From a bacterium (GTDB lineage Bacteria; Methylomirabilota; Methylomirabilia; CAVQYV01): a stretch of 38,079 nt of DNA. Below, in pieces: positions 29,420 through 38,079 of this stretch. The position numbers were made by a program, and so were the translations under genes. The notes beneath the pieces are model-generated. The model did not search any database, was not told where the DNA came from, and worked only from the letters and a program-made list of their open reading frames with translations. Location of the stretch: NCBI GenBank assembly GCA_043800755.1, contig JAZDMQ010000147.1, positions 1 through 38,079 of the forward strand. The letters run 5' to 3'. Numbering within the stretch: position 1 is the first letter of the stretch; the number at the start of each line of letters is the position of its first letter.

Positions 29420-31888
29420 ATGGCAATGGCTTTCCGCAAGACCCCGATCAATATCGAAGATGAGATGAGGCACTCCTATATGGATTACGCCATGAGCGTG
29501 ATCATTGGGCGCGCCTTGCCCGATGTGAGGGATGGCCTGAAGCCGGTGCACCGCCGCATCCTCTACGCCATGTATGAGCTGGGCCTGGCCTACAACAGGC
29601 CCTTCAAGAAGTCGGCCCGCGTGGTAGGAGAGGTCCTGGGGAAGTACCACCCCCATGGGGATGTGGCCATCTACGATACCATTGTCCGGATGGTGCAAGA
29701 CTTTTCCCTCCGCTATCCCCTCATCGCTGGGCAGGGGAATTTCGGCTCGGTAGATGGGGATGCGGCGGCGGCCATGCGCTATACGGAAGTCCGGCTGGCC
29801 ACGATCGCCCAGGAGATGCTTTCTGATATCGAGAAGGAAACGGTCAATTTCGTCCCCAACTTCGATGATTCGCTGACCGAGCCTCGCCTGCTGCCCGCAA
29901 GCATCCCCAACCTTCTGGTCAATGGATCCTCGGGCATTGCCGTGGGAATGGCAACCAATATTCCTCCCCACAATCTGAACGAGGTGGTGGATGCCCTCGT
30001 ATGCCTCTTGCAAAAGCCGGAGGCAACGCTGGAGGAGGTCATGGTCTTCATCCAGGGCCCGGACTTCCCCACCGCGGGATATATCTACGGCACGACCGGG
30101 ATCATGGACGCCTTCCGTACGGGGAGAGGCCACATCCAGATGCGCGCCAAGGCCTTTGTGGAGCGTTCTCGGGGAGGGAAGGAGAGCATCATCATCTCGG
30201 AGCTGCCTTACCAGGTGAACAAGGCGAAGCTCATCGAGGAGATCGCGAGGCTGGTTCGAGAGAAGAGGGTAGAAGGGATTGCCGACCTACGAGACGAATC
30301 CGACCGGGAGGGGATGCGGGTCGTGATCGAGCTGAAGAAGGACGAGGTGGCCGAGGTCATCCTCAACCAGCTCTTTAAGTTGACCCCCATGCAGACGACC
30401 TTTGGGGTGATCATGATAGCCCTGGTGGACAACCAGCCCCAGGTCCTCTCCTTGAAGCAGATCCTCGAGTACTTCATCGCCCATCGGAAAGAGGTGGTTC
30501 TGCGAAGGACCCGGTTCAATCTGCGCAAAGCGGAGGAGCGAGCCCATATCCTGGAAGGCTACCGCATTGCCCTGGACCGGATCGACGAGGTCATCAAGCT
30601 GATCCGGGGGTCGAGGTCTCCCGAGGAAGCGCGGGAGGGCTTGACAGCCAGGTTCGGGCTGAGCACGGCTCAGGCTGATGCCATCCTCGATATGAGGCTG
30701 CAGCGCCTGACCCGCATGGAGCGGGAGAAGATCATCGAGGAGTACGAGGAGATCCTGAAAACGATCTCCCACCTCAAGGCCCTGCTGGAGAGCGAGGCCC
30801 TCTTGCGACAGACCATCATTGCCGAACTGCAGGCCCTCAAAGAGGCTTACGGGGACGAGCGGAGGACCCAAATCGTGCAGGAGGAGGGGGAGATCCGCCT
30901 GGAGGACATGCTCGCCGATGAGGAGATGGTGGTGACCATTTCCCACGGGGGCTACATCAAACGGAGCCCCCTTACCCTCTATCGGAGCCAAAGAAGGGGA
31001 GGCAAGGGCTCCACGGGCATGGCCACCAAGGAGGAGGACTACGTGGAATACCTCTTCGTGGCCTCCACCTTTAGCCAAATCCTCTTCTTCACCAATCAGG
31101 GAAGGGTGCACTGGCTCAAGGTGCACCAGATCCCGCAGTTGGGAAGGGCGGCGAAGGGCCGCTCGATCTCCAACCTCCTGGCATTGTCCCCCCAGGAGAA
31201 GATCAGCGCCATGATTCCTCTCCGGGAGTTCAAGGAAGGCCATTACCTGATCATGGCCACCAAGAGAGGGATCGTCAAGAAGACCCCTCTGGTCGCTTAT
31301 TCCAACCCCCGGGCTGGAGGGATCATAGGAATCGATCTGGGGGAAGGGGATGAGCTGATCGGAGTGGGGACGACGAGGGGCGAGGACCACATCTTCCTGG
31401 GCACCCGCGCTGGTCTGGCGATACGATTTTCGGAACAGGACATCAGGCCCATAGGCAGGACGGCCCACGGAGTCAGGGGAATCGCATTGAGAGGCGGGGA
31501 CCAGGTCGTGGGCATGGAAGTCCTGGCCGAAGGGACCGCCATTCTGACGGTGACCGAGAAGGGGTATGGCAAGAGGACCGAGCTCCCCGAATATCGAGTC
31601 CAGCATCGGGGGGGCAAGGGGATCATCAACATCCGCACCCGGGGGAGAAACGGGGAAGTAGTGGGCATCATGCAGGTTTCCCCCCAGGATGATCTGATGA
31701 TGATATCCCATGAAGGGAAGGTCAGCCGCCTGAGGGTGGAGGAGATCAGGGCCATCGGGAGGAATACGCAGGGGGTGAAACTACAGGGATTGGAGGAAAG
31801 TGATCGCGTGGCGGCGGTCACCCGCCTGGTCTGCGAGGAGGAAGAAGTTGAAGCGGCTCCCCCCTCTTCGCTCGGGCAAAGGCCTTGA
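29420..31888 (+). CDS. gyrA: DNA gyrase subunit A
   Basis: [29 protein letters not shown], GyrA-box QRRGGKG, beta-pinwheel repeats. Confidence 0.98.
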   Translation: MAMAFRKTPINIEDEMRHSYMDYAMSVIIGRALPDVRDGLKPVHRRILYAMYELGLAYNRPFKKSARVVGEVLGKYHPHGDVAIYDTIVRMVQDFSLRYPLIAGQGNFGSVDGDAAAAMRYTEVRLATIAQEMLSDIEKETVNFVPNFDDSLTEPRLLPASIPNLLVNGSSGIAVGMATNIPPHNLNEVVDALVCLLQKPEATLEEVMVFIQGPDFPTAGYIYGTTGIMDAFRTGRGHIQMRAKAFVERSRGGKESIIISELPYQVNKAKLIEEIARLVREKRVEGIADLRDESDREGMRVVIELKKDEVAEVILNQLFKLTPMQTTFGVIMIALVDNQPQVLSLKQILEYFIAHRKEVVLRRTRFNLRKAEERAHILEGYRIALDRIDEVIKLIRGSRSPEEAREGLTARFGLSTAQADAILDMRLQRLTRMEREKIIEEYEEILKTISHLKALLESEALLRQTIIAELQALKEAYGDERRTQIVQEEGEIRLEDMLADEEMVVTISHGGYIKRSPLTLYRSQRRGGKGSTGMATKEEDYVEYLFVASTFSQILFFTNQGRVHWLKVHQIPQLGRAAKGRSISNLLALSPQEKISAMIPLREFKEGHYLIMATKRGIVKKTPLVAYSNPRAGGIIGIDLGEGDELIGVGTTRGEDHIFLGTRAGLAIRFSEQDIRPIGRTAHGVRGIALRGGDQVVGMEVLAEGTAILTVTEKGYGKRTELPEYRVQHRGGKGIINIRTRGRNGEVVGIMQVSPQDDLMMISHEGKVSRLRVEEIRAIGRNTQGVKLQGLEESDRVAAVTRLVCEEEEVEAAPPSSLGQRP

Positions 31889-31950
31889 CGGATTGGGCTG
31901 ATCGTGTTAAAGCTTATAAGGTTTCGATTTTGCTGAGGATTTGACCTAAG

Positions 31951-33228
31951 ATGTTGGACCTTCGATTTGTCAGAGAGAATATCGAGCTGATCACCGAAAA
32001 GATGGCGGAGCGGGGCGAGGCCTTCGATCCGATCGAATTTCTGCATTGGGGCGGGGAGAGAAAGCGCATCTTGCAGCAACTCGAGGCCCTCCGGGCAGAG
32101 AGGAATCGGACGTCAGAGCAAGTGGCCGCCCTGAAGAAGGAGGGGAAGGGCGCCGGATCCGAGATTGCGAGGATGAAGGAGGTCTCCGACCGGATCAAGG
32201 AATTGGACGAGGAGGAGGGGAATTGCGAAAGGAAGCTGCAGGAGGTCCTGCTCCAAATCCCCAACCTGCCCCACGCCAGCGTTCCCCGGGGGAGAAGCAG
32301 CGAGGACAACCAGGAGGTCAGGCGCTGGGGGGTGCCCCCCTCTTTCCGCTTTGACCCCAAGCCCCACTGGGAGATCGGGGATGCCCTGGAGGTGATCGAT
32401 CTGGGAAGGGCCACCAAGATTGCCGGGGCCCGCTTCCCTTTACTGAAAGGCAGAGGGGCCCTGCTGGAGAGGGCCCTCAGCAATTTCATGCTCGACTTGC
32501 ACACCCAGGAGCATGGCTACATTGAGATCTTTCCACCCCTGATGGTGAATCGGGCCAGCATGATCGGGACGGGACAACTCCCCAAGTTCGAGGCCGACCT
32601 CTTCCGCACCACGGAGGAAGACCTCTTTCTCATTCCCACGGCCGAGGTGCCGGTGACCAACATCCATCGGGATGAAATCCTGGACGGCAAGAAGCTGCCC
32701 CTGAAATATGCGGCCTATACCCCCTGCTTCCGCCGGGAGGCAGGCTCTTACGGCAAGGATACCCGGGGCCTCATCCGTCAGCATCAATTCAACAAGGTGG
32801 AGCTGGTGAAGTTCACGGCCCCCGAGGATTCCTACGAAGAGCTGGAGAGGCTGTTGCAGGACGCCGAGAAGGTGCTACAGCGGCTGGGGATTCCTTATCG
32901 AGTGGTGGTCCTTTGCGTGGGCGATCTGGGCTTCGCGGCAGCCAAGACCTACGACATTGAGGTCTGGCTTCCCAGCCAGCGGACCTTCCGCGAAATCTCA
33001 TCCTGCAGTAATTTCGAGGACTTCCAGGCCCGCAGGGCCGGCATTCGCTACCGCCCAGGCAGCAAGGGGAAGCTGGATTATGTCCACACCCTGAATGGGT
33101 CGGGCCTGGCGGTGGGCCGAACGCTGGTCGCCATCCTGGAGAATTTCCAGCAATCGGATGGAAGCGTTGTGATCCCGGAAGCCCTGCGACCCTACATGGG
33201 CGGATTGGAGAGGATCGTTGCCCCGTGA
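31951..33228 (+). CDS. serS: Serine--tRNA ligase
   Basis: [66 protein letters not shown]. Confidence 0.98.
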   Translation: MLDLRFVRENIELITEKMAERGEAFDPIEFLHWGGERKRILQQLEALRAERNRTSEQVAALKKEGKGAGSEIARMKEVSDRIKELDEEEGNCERKLQEVLLQIPNLPHASVPRGRSSEDNQEVRRWGVPPSFRFDPKPHWEIGDALEVIDLGRATKIAGARFPLLKGRGALLERALSNFMLDLHTQEHGYIEIFPPLMVNRASMIGTGQLPKFEADLFRTTEEDLFLIPTAEVPVTNIHRDEILDGKKLPLKYAAYTPCFRREAGSYGKDTRGLIRQHQFNKVELVKFTAPEDSYEELERLLQDAEKVLQRLGIPYRVVVLCVGDLGFAAAKTYDIEVWLPSQRTFREISSCSNFEDFQARRAGIRYRPGSKGKLDYVHTLNGSGLAVGRTLVAILENFQQSDGSVVIPEALRPYMGGLERIVAP

Positions 33229-33267
33229 GGGGGAATAGCCAGAGGAGCCCGTAGGGACGAGGCCGGG

Positions 33268-33359
33268 GGAGGGATGGCCGAGTGGTTTAAGGCGGCGGTC
33301 TTGAAAACCGTTTCTCCCACATCCGGGAGACGTGGGTTCGAATCCTACTCCCTCCGCCA
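33268..33359 (+). tRNA. tRNA-Ser(TGA)
   Basis: GGAGGGA...TCCCTCC-G-CCA; anticodon arm GCGGT-CTTGAAA-ACCGT; long variable arm; GGTTCGAATCC. Confidence 0.95.
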
Positions 33360-33421
33360 AATCCAGGATTCATTGCACTCTTTTTGATACCAAATCACAA
33401 CTTCAATAGGTTTGACTGTCC

Positions 33422-33514
33422 GGAGAGGTGACCGAGTAGGCCGAAGGTGCTCGCCTGCTAAGCGAGTGTATGTCGAAAGATGTACCCCGGGTTCGAATCC
33501 CGGCCTCTCCGCCA
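33422..33514 (+). tRNA. tRNA-Ser(GCT)
   Basis: GGAGAGG...CCTCTCC-G-CCA; CTCGC-CTGCTAA-GCGAG; long variable arm. Confidence 0.95.
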
Positions 33515-33737
33515 GACCCATCCTTAGAAAGATCAAGGCTCCGAAGGAAAGATAACGAATGGGAAGTGGCCCTCTGGGCGCATTACAGGAGGGGAAGGCC
33601 AGCAGATAGAACTTGATGGCAAGCCACGGAGAGGTGTCCGAGTGGTTGAAGGAGCACGCCTGGAGAGCGTGTGAGCGGGAAACTGCTCCCCGGGTTCGAA
33701 TCCCGGCCTCTCCGCCAGACCCATCCTTAGAAAGATC
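33485..33737 (+). repeat. 50-bp identical direct repeat (33485-33534 and 33688-33737)
   Basis: CCCCGGGTTCGAATCCCGGCCTCTCCGCCAGACCCATCCTTAGAAAGATC occurs twice, covering two tRNA-Ser 3' ends plus 20 nt of trailer. Confidence 0.92.
33628..33717 (+). tRNA. tRNA-Ser(GGA)
   Basis: GGAGAGG...CCTCTCC-G-CCA; CACGC-CTGGAGA-GCGTG; long variable arm. Confidence 0.95.
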
Positions 33738-33739
33738 GC

Positions 33740-33816
33740 GCGCCCATAGCTCAGATGGATAGAGCGGCAGACTACGAATCTGTAGGTCGGAGGTTCGAAT
33801 CCTCTTGGGCGCGCCA
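33740..33816 (+). tRNA. tRNA-Arg(ACG)
   Basis: GCGCCCA...TGGGCGC-G-CCA; GCAGA-CTACGAA-TCTGT; 77 nt. Confidence 0.95.
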
Positions 33817-33828
33817 AATTATTCTGTG

Positions 33829-34311
33829 ATGGCTTCGATCGAGAAGGGATCAGATACATTTTTCATGGCGATGGCCCTGGAAGAGGCAAAGAAAGGGGCA
33901 GAGAAGGGGGAGGTGCCCATTGGGGCCATCCTGGTCTCAGAAGAAGAGGAGGAGATAGGGAGGGCGCATAACTGCCCTATCCAATTGACTGACCCCACGG
34001 CGCACGCCGAAATCCTGGCGCTGCGGCAGGGGGCCAGGCGGTCAGGAGATTATCGGTTGCCGGGGGCAACCCTCTATGTCACCATTGAGCCTTGCAGCAT
34101 GTGTGCAGGGGCAATCATCCAGGCGCGCTTGGCCCGATTGGTATTCGGCGCCCGCGACCCGAAGGCGGGGGGCGTCGTTTCCCTGTTTCACCTCCTGGAC
34201 GATCAACGGGTCAATCATCGAGTAAAGGTCAGCGAGGGCGTGCTGGAGGAGGAGTGCCGCGCCCTGATCCGCGCCTTCTTCCAGGGTCGGCGCCTGGAGC
34301 AGGAGAAATGA
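33829..34311 (+). CDS. tadA: tRNA adenosine(34) deaminase TadA
   Basis: EVPIGA, DPTAHAE, TIEPCSMCAGA, FGARDPKAG; start moved to ATG 33829 because the ORF-track start lies inside the tRNA. Confidence 0.93.
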   Translation: MASIEKGSDTFFMAMALEEAKKGAEKGEVPIGAILVSEEEEEIGRAHNCPIQLTDPTAHAEILALRQGARRSGDYRLPGATLYVTIEPCSMCAGAIIQARLARLVFGARDPKAGGVVSLFHLLDDQRVNHRVKVSEGVLEEECRALIRAFFQGRRLEQEK

Positions 34312-34365
34312 GGGCAAACGCCCTGACCCTTCACTGATGCCGCCGCTTCGAGGCGGATTTGGGAG

Positions 34366-34459
34366 GGAGAGGTACCGAAGTGGTCGTAACGGGCTCGACT
34401 CGAAATCGAGTTGGGGGCTAGTCACTCCCACGTGGGTTCGAATCCCACCCTCTCCGCCA
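34366..34459 (+). tRNA. tRNA-Ser(CGA)
   Basis: GGAGAGG...CCTCTCC-G-CCA; CTCGA-CTCGAAA-TCGAG; long variable arm. Confidence 0.95.
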
Positions 34460-34553
34460 CCCCTACCCCGGAGGACCCGGCAGAGAAGCCGGGCGCTTTA
34501 GGGCGAGGGGACAGGTTTTGAGGCGAGCTCGGGTCTTTTGGTTGAGGATTGGC

Positions 34554-34829
34554 TTGGTCGTGCTAGACGGGGAGGTAGCGGCCCCCTGTACCCGCAATCC
34601 GCTATAGCGGGGTTGAATCCCCACCCCCGGTCTTCATTTTCTGAGGGTCTGATCCCCTGCGAGATGCGTCGAGGGCCAGGTCCCGCGCAACGAGAGCCTG
34701 CGAACCCCGTCAGGTCCGGAAGGAAGCAGCGGTAAGCAGACGCCCCCGGGTGCCGCGGGGAAGCTTGGCCGGAGCGGAAAGCAGGGGAGATCGCCTGGGG
34801 GAAGAGATCAAAGGTGGGTGCACGGCCAA
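34554..34829 (+). ncRNA. ffs: Large bacterial SRP RNA (scRNA type, with Alu domain)
   Basis: 5' TTGGTCGTGCTAGACGGGGAGGTAGCGG...CCTGTACCCGCAATCCGCT resembles the Bacillus scRNA 5' end; domain IV TCAGGTCCGGAAGGAAGCAGC; 3' GCACGGCCAA pairs with the 5' end; upstream of dnaX. Confidence 0.9.
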
Positions 34830-34855
34830 GGTTTGTTATGCGAGAGAGGAGCGGG

Positions 34856-36538
34856 ATGTCATACCTGGTCTTCGCCAGGAAGTGGAGGCCCCAGACCTTC
34901 GAGGAGGTGGTGGGCCAGGGGGTGGTTACTCAGACCCTCATGAATGCGCTGTCCGCCAACAGGATCGCCCACGCTTACCTCTTCGCGGGGCCCCGGGGAG
35001 TGGGAAAGACCAGCACCGCCCGCATCCTGGCCAAGGCGCTCAACTGCGAGGCGGGGATCTCCCAGGAGCCCTGCAATGCCTGCCCCTCGTGCCAGGACAT
35101 TGCCCAGGGGCGCCACCTGGATGTCATCGAAATCGACGGGGCCTCCAATCGAGGCATTGATGAAATTCGAGAGCTCCGGGAGAATGTTCGTTTCTCCCCC
35201 TATCGAGGGCGCTACAAGGTGATCGTTATTGACGAGGTGCATATGCTCACCGAGCCAGCCTTCAACGCCCTTCTCAAGACCCTGGAGGAGCCGCCCCCGA
35301 AGGTCGTCTTCGTTTTGGCCACCACCGAGCCCCACAAGATCCCCACCACCATCCTCTCTCGCTGTCAGCGCTTCGAATTTCGACGGATTTCCTCGCCAGA
35401 GATCGCCCAACGCTTACAAGAGATGGCCCGGGAGGAGGGAATCGAGATCGATCCGGAGAGCGTCCAGATGATCACCCGCTCCGCAGAGGGGAGCCTGCGA
35501 GATGCCCAGAGCCTGCTGGACCAGGTTGTCTCCTATAGTGGACCGAGGGTGCGGGCGGAGGATGTGGTGACGATCCTGGGGGTAGTGGACCGCCAAAAGG
35601 TGGAGGAAGCTGCTCGGCACCTCCTAACAGGGGAGGGCAGCGCCTTGCTGCAACTGGTGGAGGATCTCTGCTCCGCCGGCCACGACTTGCGGCTTTTCTG
35701 CATGGGCCTCCTGGAGCTGGTCAGGGATTTAATGGTCATCCAGGTGACATCCTCGCCAGGGGCGTTGGTGACGGCCAGTGCGGGCTCCTCGGATTTCCTG
35801 AGGGAAGGGGCCTCAAAATGGACCTTCCCGGAGCTTGACCGCCTGCTCCAGATCCTGATTCAGGCGGAGATAGAGATGCGGAGATCTCCCTACCCACGAT
35901 TCATCCTGGAGATGGCGCTCCTGCGCGCCGTGGAGGGGAGGAAGCTCACCTCGCTGGAGGACATCTGGAAGAGGCTTTGTCAGATGGAGGAGGCCCTTAC
36001 CTTTAGATCTGCGAGGCCCGAGGGGGAGATGACTCCGGGAAGGCCGGCCAGTGCGCCCCCCGCCAGACCAGCCTCGCCAGCAGAGGCAGGCGATTCCCAG
36101 GGAGGTCGGGCCGCGGAGGGCAAGGTGGGTCCAGAGGGAGCCTCCCGCAACTGGCTGGAGGATCCCGGCTGGATGGAACTCAAGCGGATCGTCAAACGAG
36201 AGAAGGTCTCCCTTGCCCCGCTTTTGGAGTATTTCACTTCGGCCTGTCTCCAGGGGAGGGTTCTGACGGTCCTGGTGGAGGGGGTCAACAGCTACCTGTC
36301 CGAGACCCTTGAGGATCGGGCCAATCAAGCGATCCTGGAAAGGGCGGTGAGGGATGCCTTTGGGCAGGAATTGAGGATTCGGTTTGAATTTGGGAAGAGA
36401 GAGGGTGAGCGCAGGGAGGCCTCTCCCGTTACCGCCCCAGCGGATCCGGGCGTGGCGGAACCTCAGGCCCCGGGGGCCAATTCCCTGGTGGAGAAGGCCC
36501 TGGAGGTCTTTGAGGGGCGGGTGGTGGAACGGAGATAG
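34856..36538 (+). CDS. dnaX: DNA polymerase III subunit gamma/tau
   Basis: MSYLVFARKWRPQTF, GPRGVGKT, Zn-module Cys, EIDGASN, DEVHML, TILSRCQ; ATG at 34856. Confidence 0.96.
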   Translation: MSYLVFARKWRPQTFEEVVGQGVVTQTLMNALSANRIAHAYLFAGPRGVGKTSTARILAKALNCEAGISQEPCNACPSCQDIAQGRHLDVIEIDGASNRGIDEIRELRENVRFSPYRGRYKVIVIDEVHMLTEPAFNALLKTLEEPPPKVVFVLATTEPHKIPTTILSRCQRFEFRRISSPEIAQRLQEMAREEGIEIDPESVQMITRSAEGSLRDAQSLLDQVVSYSGPRVRAEDVVTILGVVDRQKVEEAARHLLTGEGSALLQLVEDLCSAGHDLRLFCMGLLELVRDLMVIQVTSSPGALVTASAGSSDFLREGASKWTFPELDRLLQILIQAEIEMRRSPYPRFILEMALLRAVEGRKLTSLEDIWKRLCQMEEALTFRSARPEGEMTPGRPASAPPARPASPAEAGDSQGGRAAEGKVGPEGASRNWLEDPGWMELKRIVKREKVSLAPLLEYFTSACLQGRVLTVLVEGVNSYLSETLEDRANQAILERAVRDAFGQELRIRFEFGKREGERREASPVTAPADPGVAEPQAPGANSLVEKALEVFEGRVVERR

Positions 36539-36565
36539 GATGGGCCAGGAAGAGGAGGGATTCTT

Positions 36566-36880
36566 TTGAAAAATCTGGGGGACTTGGTCAAGCAGGCGCA
36601 GAAGATGAAGGCGGAGATGGATCGCATCCAGGAGGAGATGGCCTCCAAGACGGTCGAGGCCTCCTCTGGCGGCGGGATGGTGGTGGTGGTGGCGAATGGG
36701 CGGCAAGAGATCGTCTCCGTCAAGATCGACCCAGAGGTGGCGGGCTCCGAGGATCTGGAGATGTTGCAGGATCTGATTGTGGCGGCCGTCAATGAGGCCC
36801 TGAGGAAAACGCGGGAGCTCTTCGGCCAGGAAGTGAACAAGCTCACCGGGGGGCTGGGCATCCCCGGCGGCCTCTTTTAG
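36566..36880 (+). CDS. ybaB: YbaB/EbfC nucleoid-associated protein
   Basis: KQAQKM, SGGGMV, DLEMLQDLIVAAVNEA; between dnaX and recR. Confidence 0.93.
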   Translation: MKNLGDLVKQAQKMKAEMDRIQEEMASKTVEASSGGGMVVVVANGRQEIVSVKIDPEVAGSEDLEMLQDLIVAAVNEALRKTRELFGQEVNKLTGGLGIPGGLF

Positions 36881-36908
36881 GGACTCTTAGATTGATGCAA
36901 TCATCGAG

Positions 36909-37508
36909 ATGGCTGATTATCCCCGTTCTTTAGATCGCCTCATCGAAGAGCTGGTCCGGCTCCCGGGCATTGGCCCCAAGACCGCCCAGCGGCTGGCTTT
37001 TTATCTTTTGAAGATGTCCAAGAGAGAGGCGCTCTCTTTGGCGAAGGCCATTGCCGAGGTGAAGGAGCGGATCCACACCTGCCCCGCTTGCTTCAACATC
37101 GCGGAGGACGGCCGCTGTGAGATCTGCCTGAGTCAGGATCGGGATCGATCTATGATCTGCGTGGTGGAGGAGGCCAATGACCTGTTGGCGATTGAGCGGA
37201 CCAAGGGATTCAAGGGGCTCTACCATGTCCTGGGAGGATCCCTTTCCCCCCTGGAGGGGAGAGGCCCGGATGAATTGCAGACCGAGGCCCTGCTCCAGCG
37301 CCTGCGGGGAGGGGAGGTCCGGGAGGTCATCATTGCCACCAATCCCAACGTGGAAGGGGAGGCGACCTGCCTTTACCTGCAGCGCTTGTTGAAACCCATG
37401 GGGGTGATCATCACCCGCTTGGCCCATGGCCTGCCCATGGGGTCTGACTTAGAATATGCGGATGAGATTACCTTGGCCAAATCCATGGAGGGGAGGAGGG
37501 AATTATAA
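36909..37508 (+). CDS. recR: Recombination mediator RecR
   Basis: LPGIGPKTAQRLA, C4 zinc finger, YHVLGG, ATNPNVEGEAT, GSDLEYADEITL. Confidence 0.97.
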   Translation: MADYPRSLDRLIEELVRLPGIGPKTAQRLAFYLLKMSKREALSLAKAIAEVKERIHTCPACFNIAEDGRCEICLSQDRDRSMICVVEEANDLLAIERTKGFKGLYHVLGGSLSPLEGRGPDELQTEALLQRLRGGEVREVIIATNPNVEGEATCLYLQRLLKPMGVIITRLAHGLPMGSDLEYADEITLAKSMEGRREL

Positions 37509-37517
37509 ATCCAGATC

Positions 37518-38079
37518 CACTACTGTCCGGTTAATAACCAAATAAATTCAACTGGTTATCAACCTGGCATATGAGTTCATGACGCATGGTATCCTCAACT
37601 ATTTGATTTATTGGCCTTTTCTCAAAGAGGTTGACCTCGAGAATTTGCAGAAAAGTGTGCAAGCTGATGGGGAGATTCAATTGCTTTTTCACGATAGCCA
37701 CCAACAGATACACACTGATCGCGATCCAGATTTGGGTTTTGACTGCATTGGGCGAGGTGCCGTAAAAGACTTTGATCCGAAGGTGGCCTTTGATCCATTT
37801 GAAGAACAATTCTACCTGCCAACGACAACGATAGATATCGGCTACGGTAATGGCAGCGATCGCAAAGTGGTTGGTGAGGAAGACCAGGTGTTGGCTGCGC
37901 TCGGGATCGAGGTATCGTACCCGACGCAACGGTTCGGAATACTCCTTTTGGGAGTGCCTTCCGGTGAGCATAATCAGCTGATCGCATCGCACCCCCGTGT
38001 TTTTGTCTACCGGTAGCGAGCGGATTCGCCGGAACCGGAGATTGGCCTTGGCGCGGATGATAAAGTAAGCCGGGATCAG
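37518..38079 (-). mobile_element. IS4-family insertion sequence (one end only, truncated by the window)
   Basis: Lower GC than the flank; transposase stop followed on the minus strand by CCGGACAGTAGTG, a probable terminal inverted repeat; lies 9 bp after the recR stop. Confidence 0.8.
37531..38079 (-). CDS. IS4-family DDE transposase, C-terminal part
   Basis: Frame open to the window end; YFIIRAK, FLTN, YRCRWQVELFFKWIK (Y-2-R-3-E-6-K signature), NAVKTQIWIAISVY. Confidence 0.9.
   Translation of the reverse strand: MIPAYFIIRAKANLRFRRIRSLPVDKNTGVRCDQLIMLTGRHSQKEYSEPLRRVRYLDPERSQHLVFLTNHFAIAAITVADIYRCRWQVELFFKWIKGHLRIKVFYGTSPNAVKTQIWIAISVYLLVAIVKKQLNLPISLHTFLQILEVNLFEKRPINQIVEDTMRHELICQVDNQLNLFGY

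Noticed and set aside
30287..31711. Long antisense ORFs (e.g. 474 aa opposite gyrA, 393 aa opposite gyrB, 353 aa opposite ktrB/ktrA, 340 aa opposite the activase)
   Set aside because: Shadow ORFs expected from GC-rich codon usage on the strand opposite well-conserved genes; no recognisable motifs.
31885..31913. Possible serS promoter TTGACG-17-TAAAGC
   Set aside because: The -10 element lacks the conserved final T; too weak to call without TSS data.
33485..33737. Possible CRISPR array
   Set aside because: Only two copies, both are tRNA 3' ends, the intervening sequence is too long, and no cas genes are present.
35990..36150. Programmed -1 frameshift in dnaX producing a gamma subunit
   Set aside because: No A-AAA-AAG or long poly-A slippery site seen in the Pro/Ala-rich linker.

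Overview
A GC-rich bacterial chromosome segment spanning the replication origin. The core is the conserved oriC block: parB-parA-rsmG-mnmG-mnmE-jag-yidC-yidD-rnpA-rpmH on the minus strand and dnaA-dnaN-recF-gyrB-gyrA-serS on the plus strand. It carries DnaA boxes upstream of dnaA, a DnaA-trio/AT-rich unwinding site between dnaA and dnaN, and a perfect parS site. After serS come all four tRNA-Ser genes, tRNA-Arg(ACG) next to tadA, a large (Alu-domain) SRP RNA, dnaX-ybaB-recR and the end of an IS4-family element. The left 13 kb holds a URO-D/MtaA-like gene and a cation-homeostasis cluster (KtrB/TrkH, KtrA/TrkA, CaCA antiporter, DUF2062, CNNM/CorC-type). It also holds a 1420-aa PlsA/Ger-like multi-domain activase/reductase with an extra stand-alone activase, and tatA-tatC. 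The best leads are: (i) a structured leader with terminator and antiterminator between a consensus sigma70 promoter and ktrB, matching no riboswitch consensus I recognise; (ii) ktrA is in frame with ktrB and lacks a canonical start upstream of its conserved N-terminus (ACG start or readthrough fusion); (iii) the candidate ether-lipid/plasmalogen enzyme pair. All RNA structures were paired by eye, not computed.
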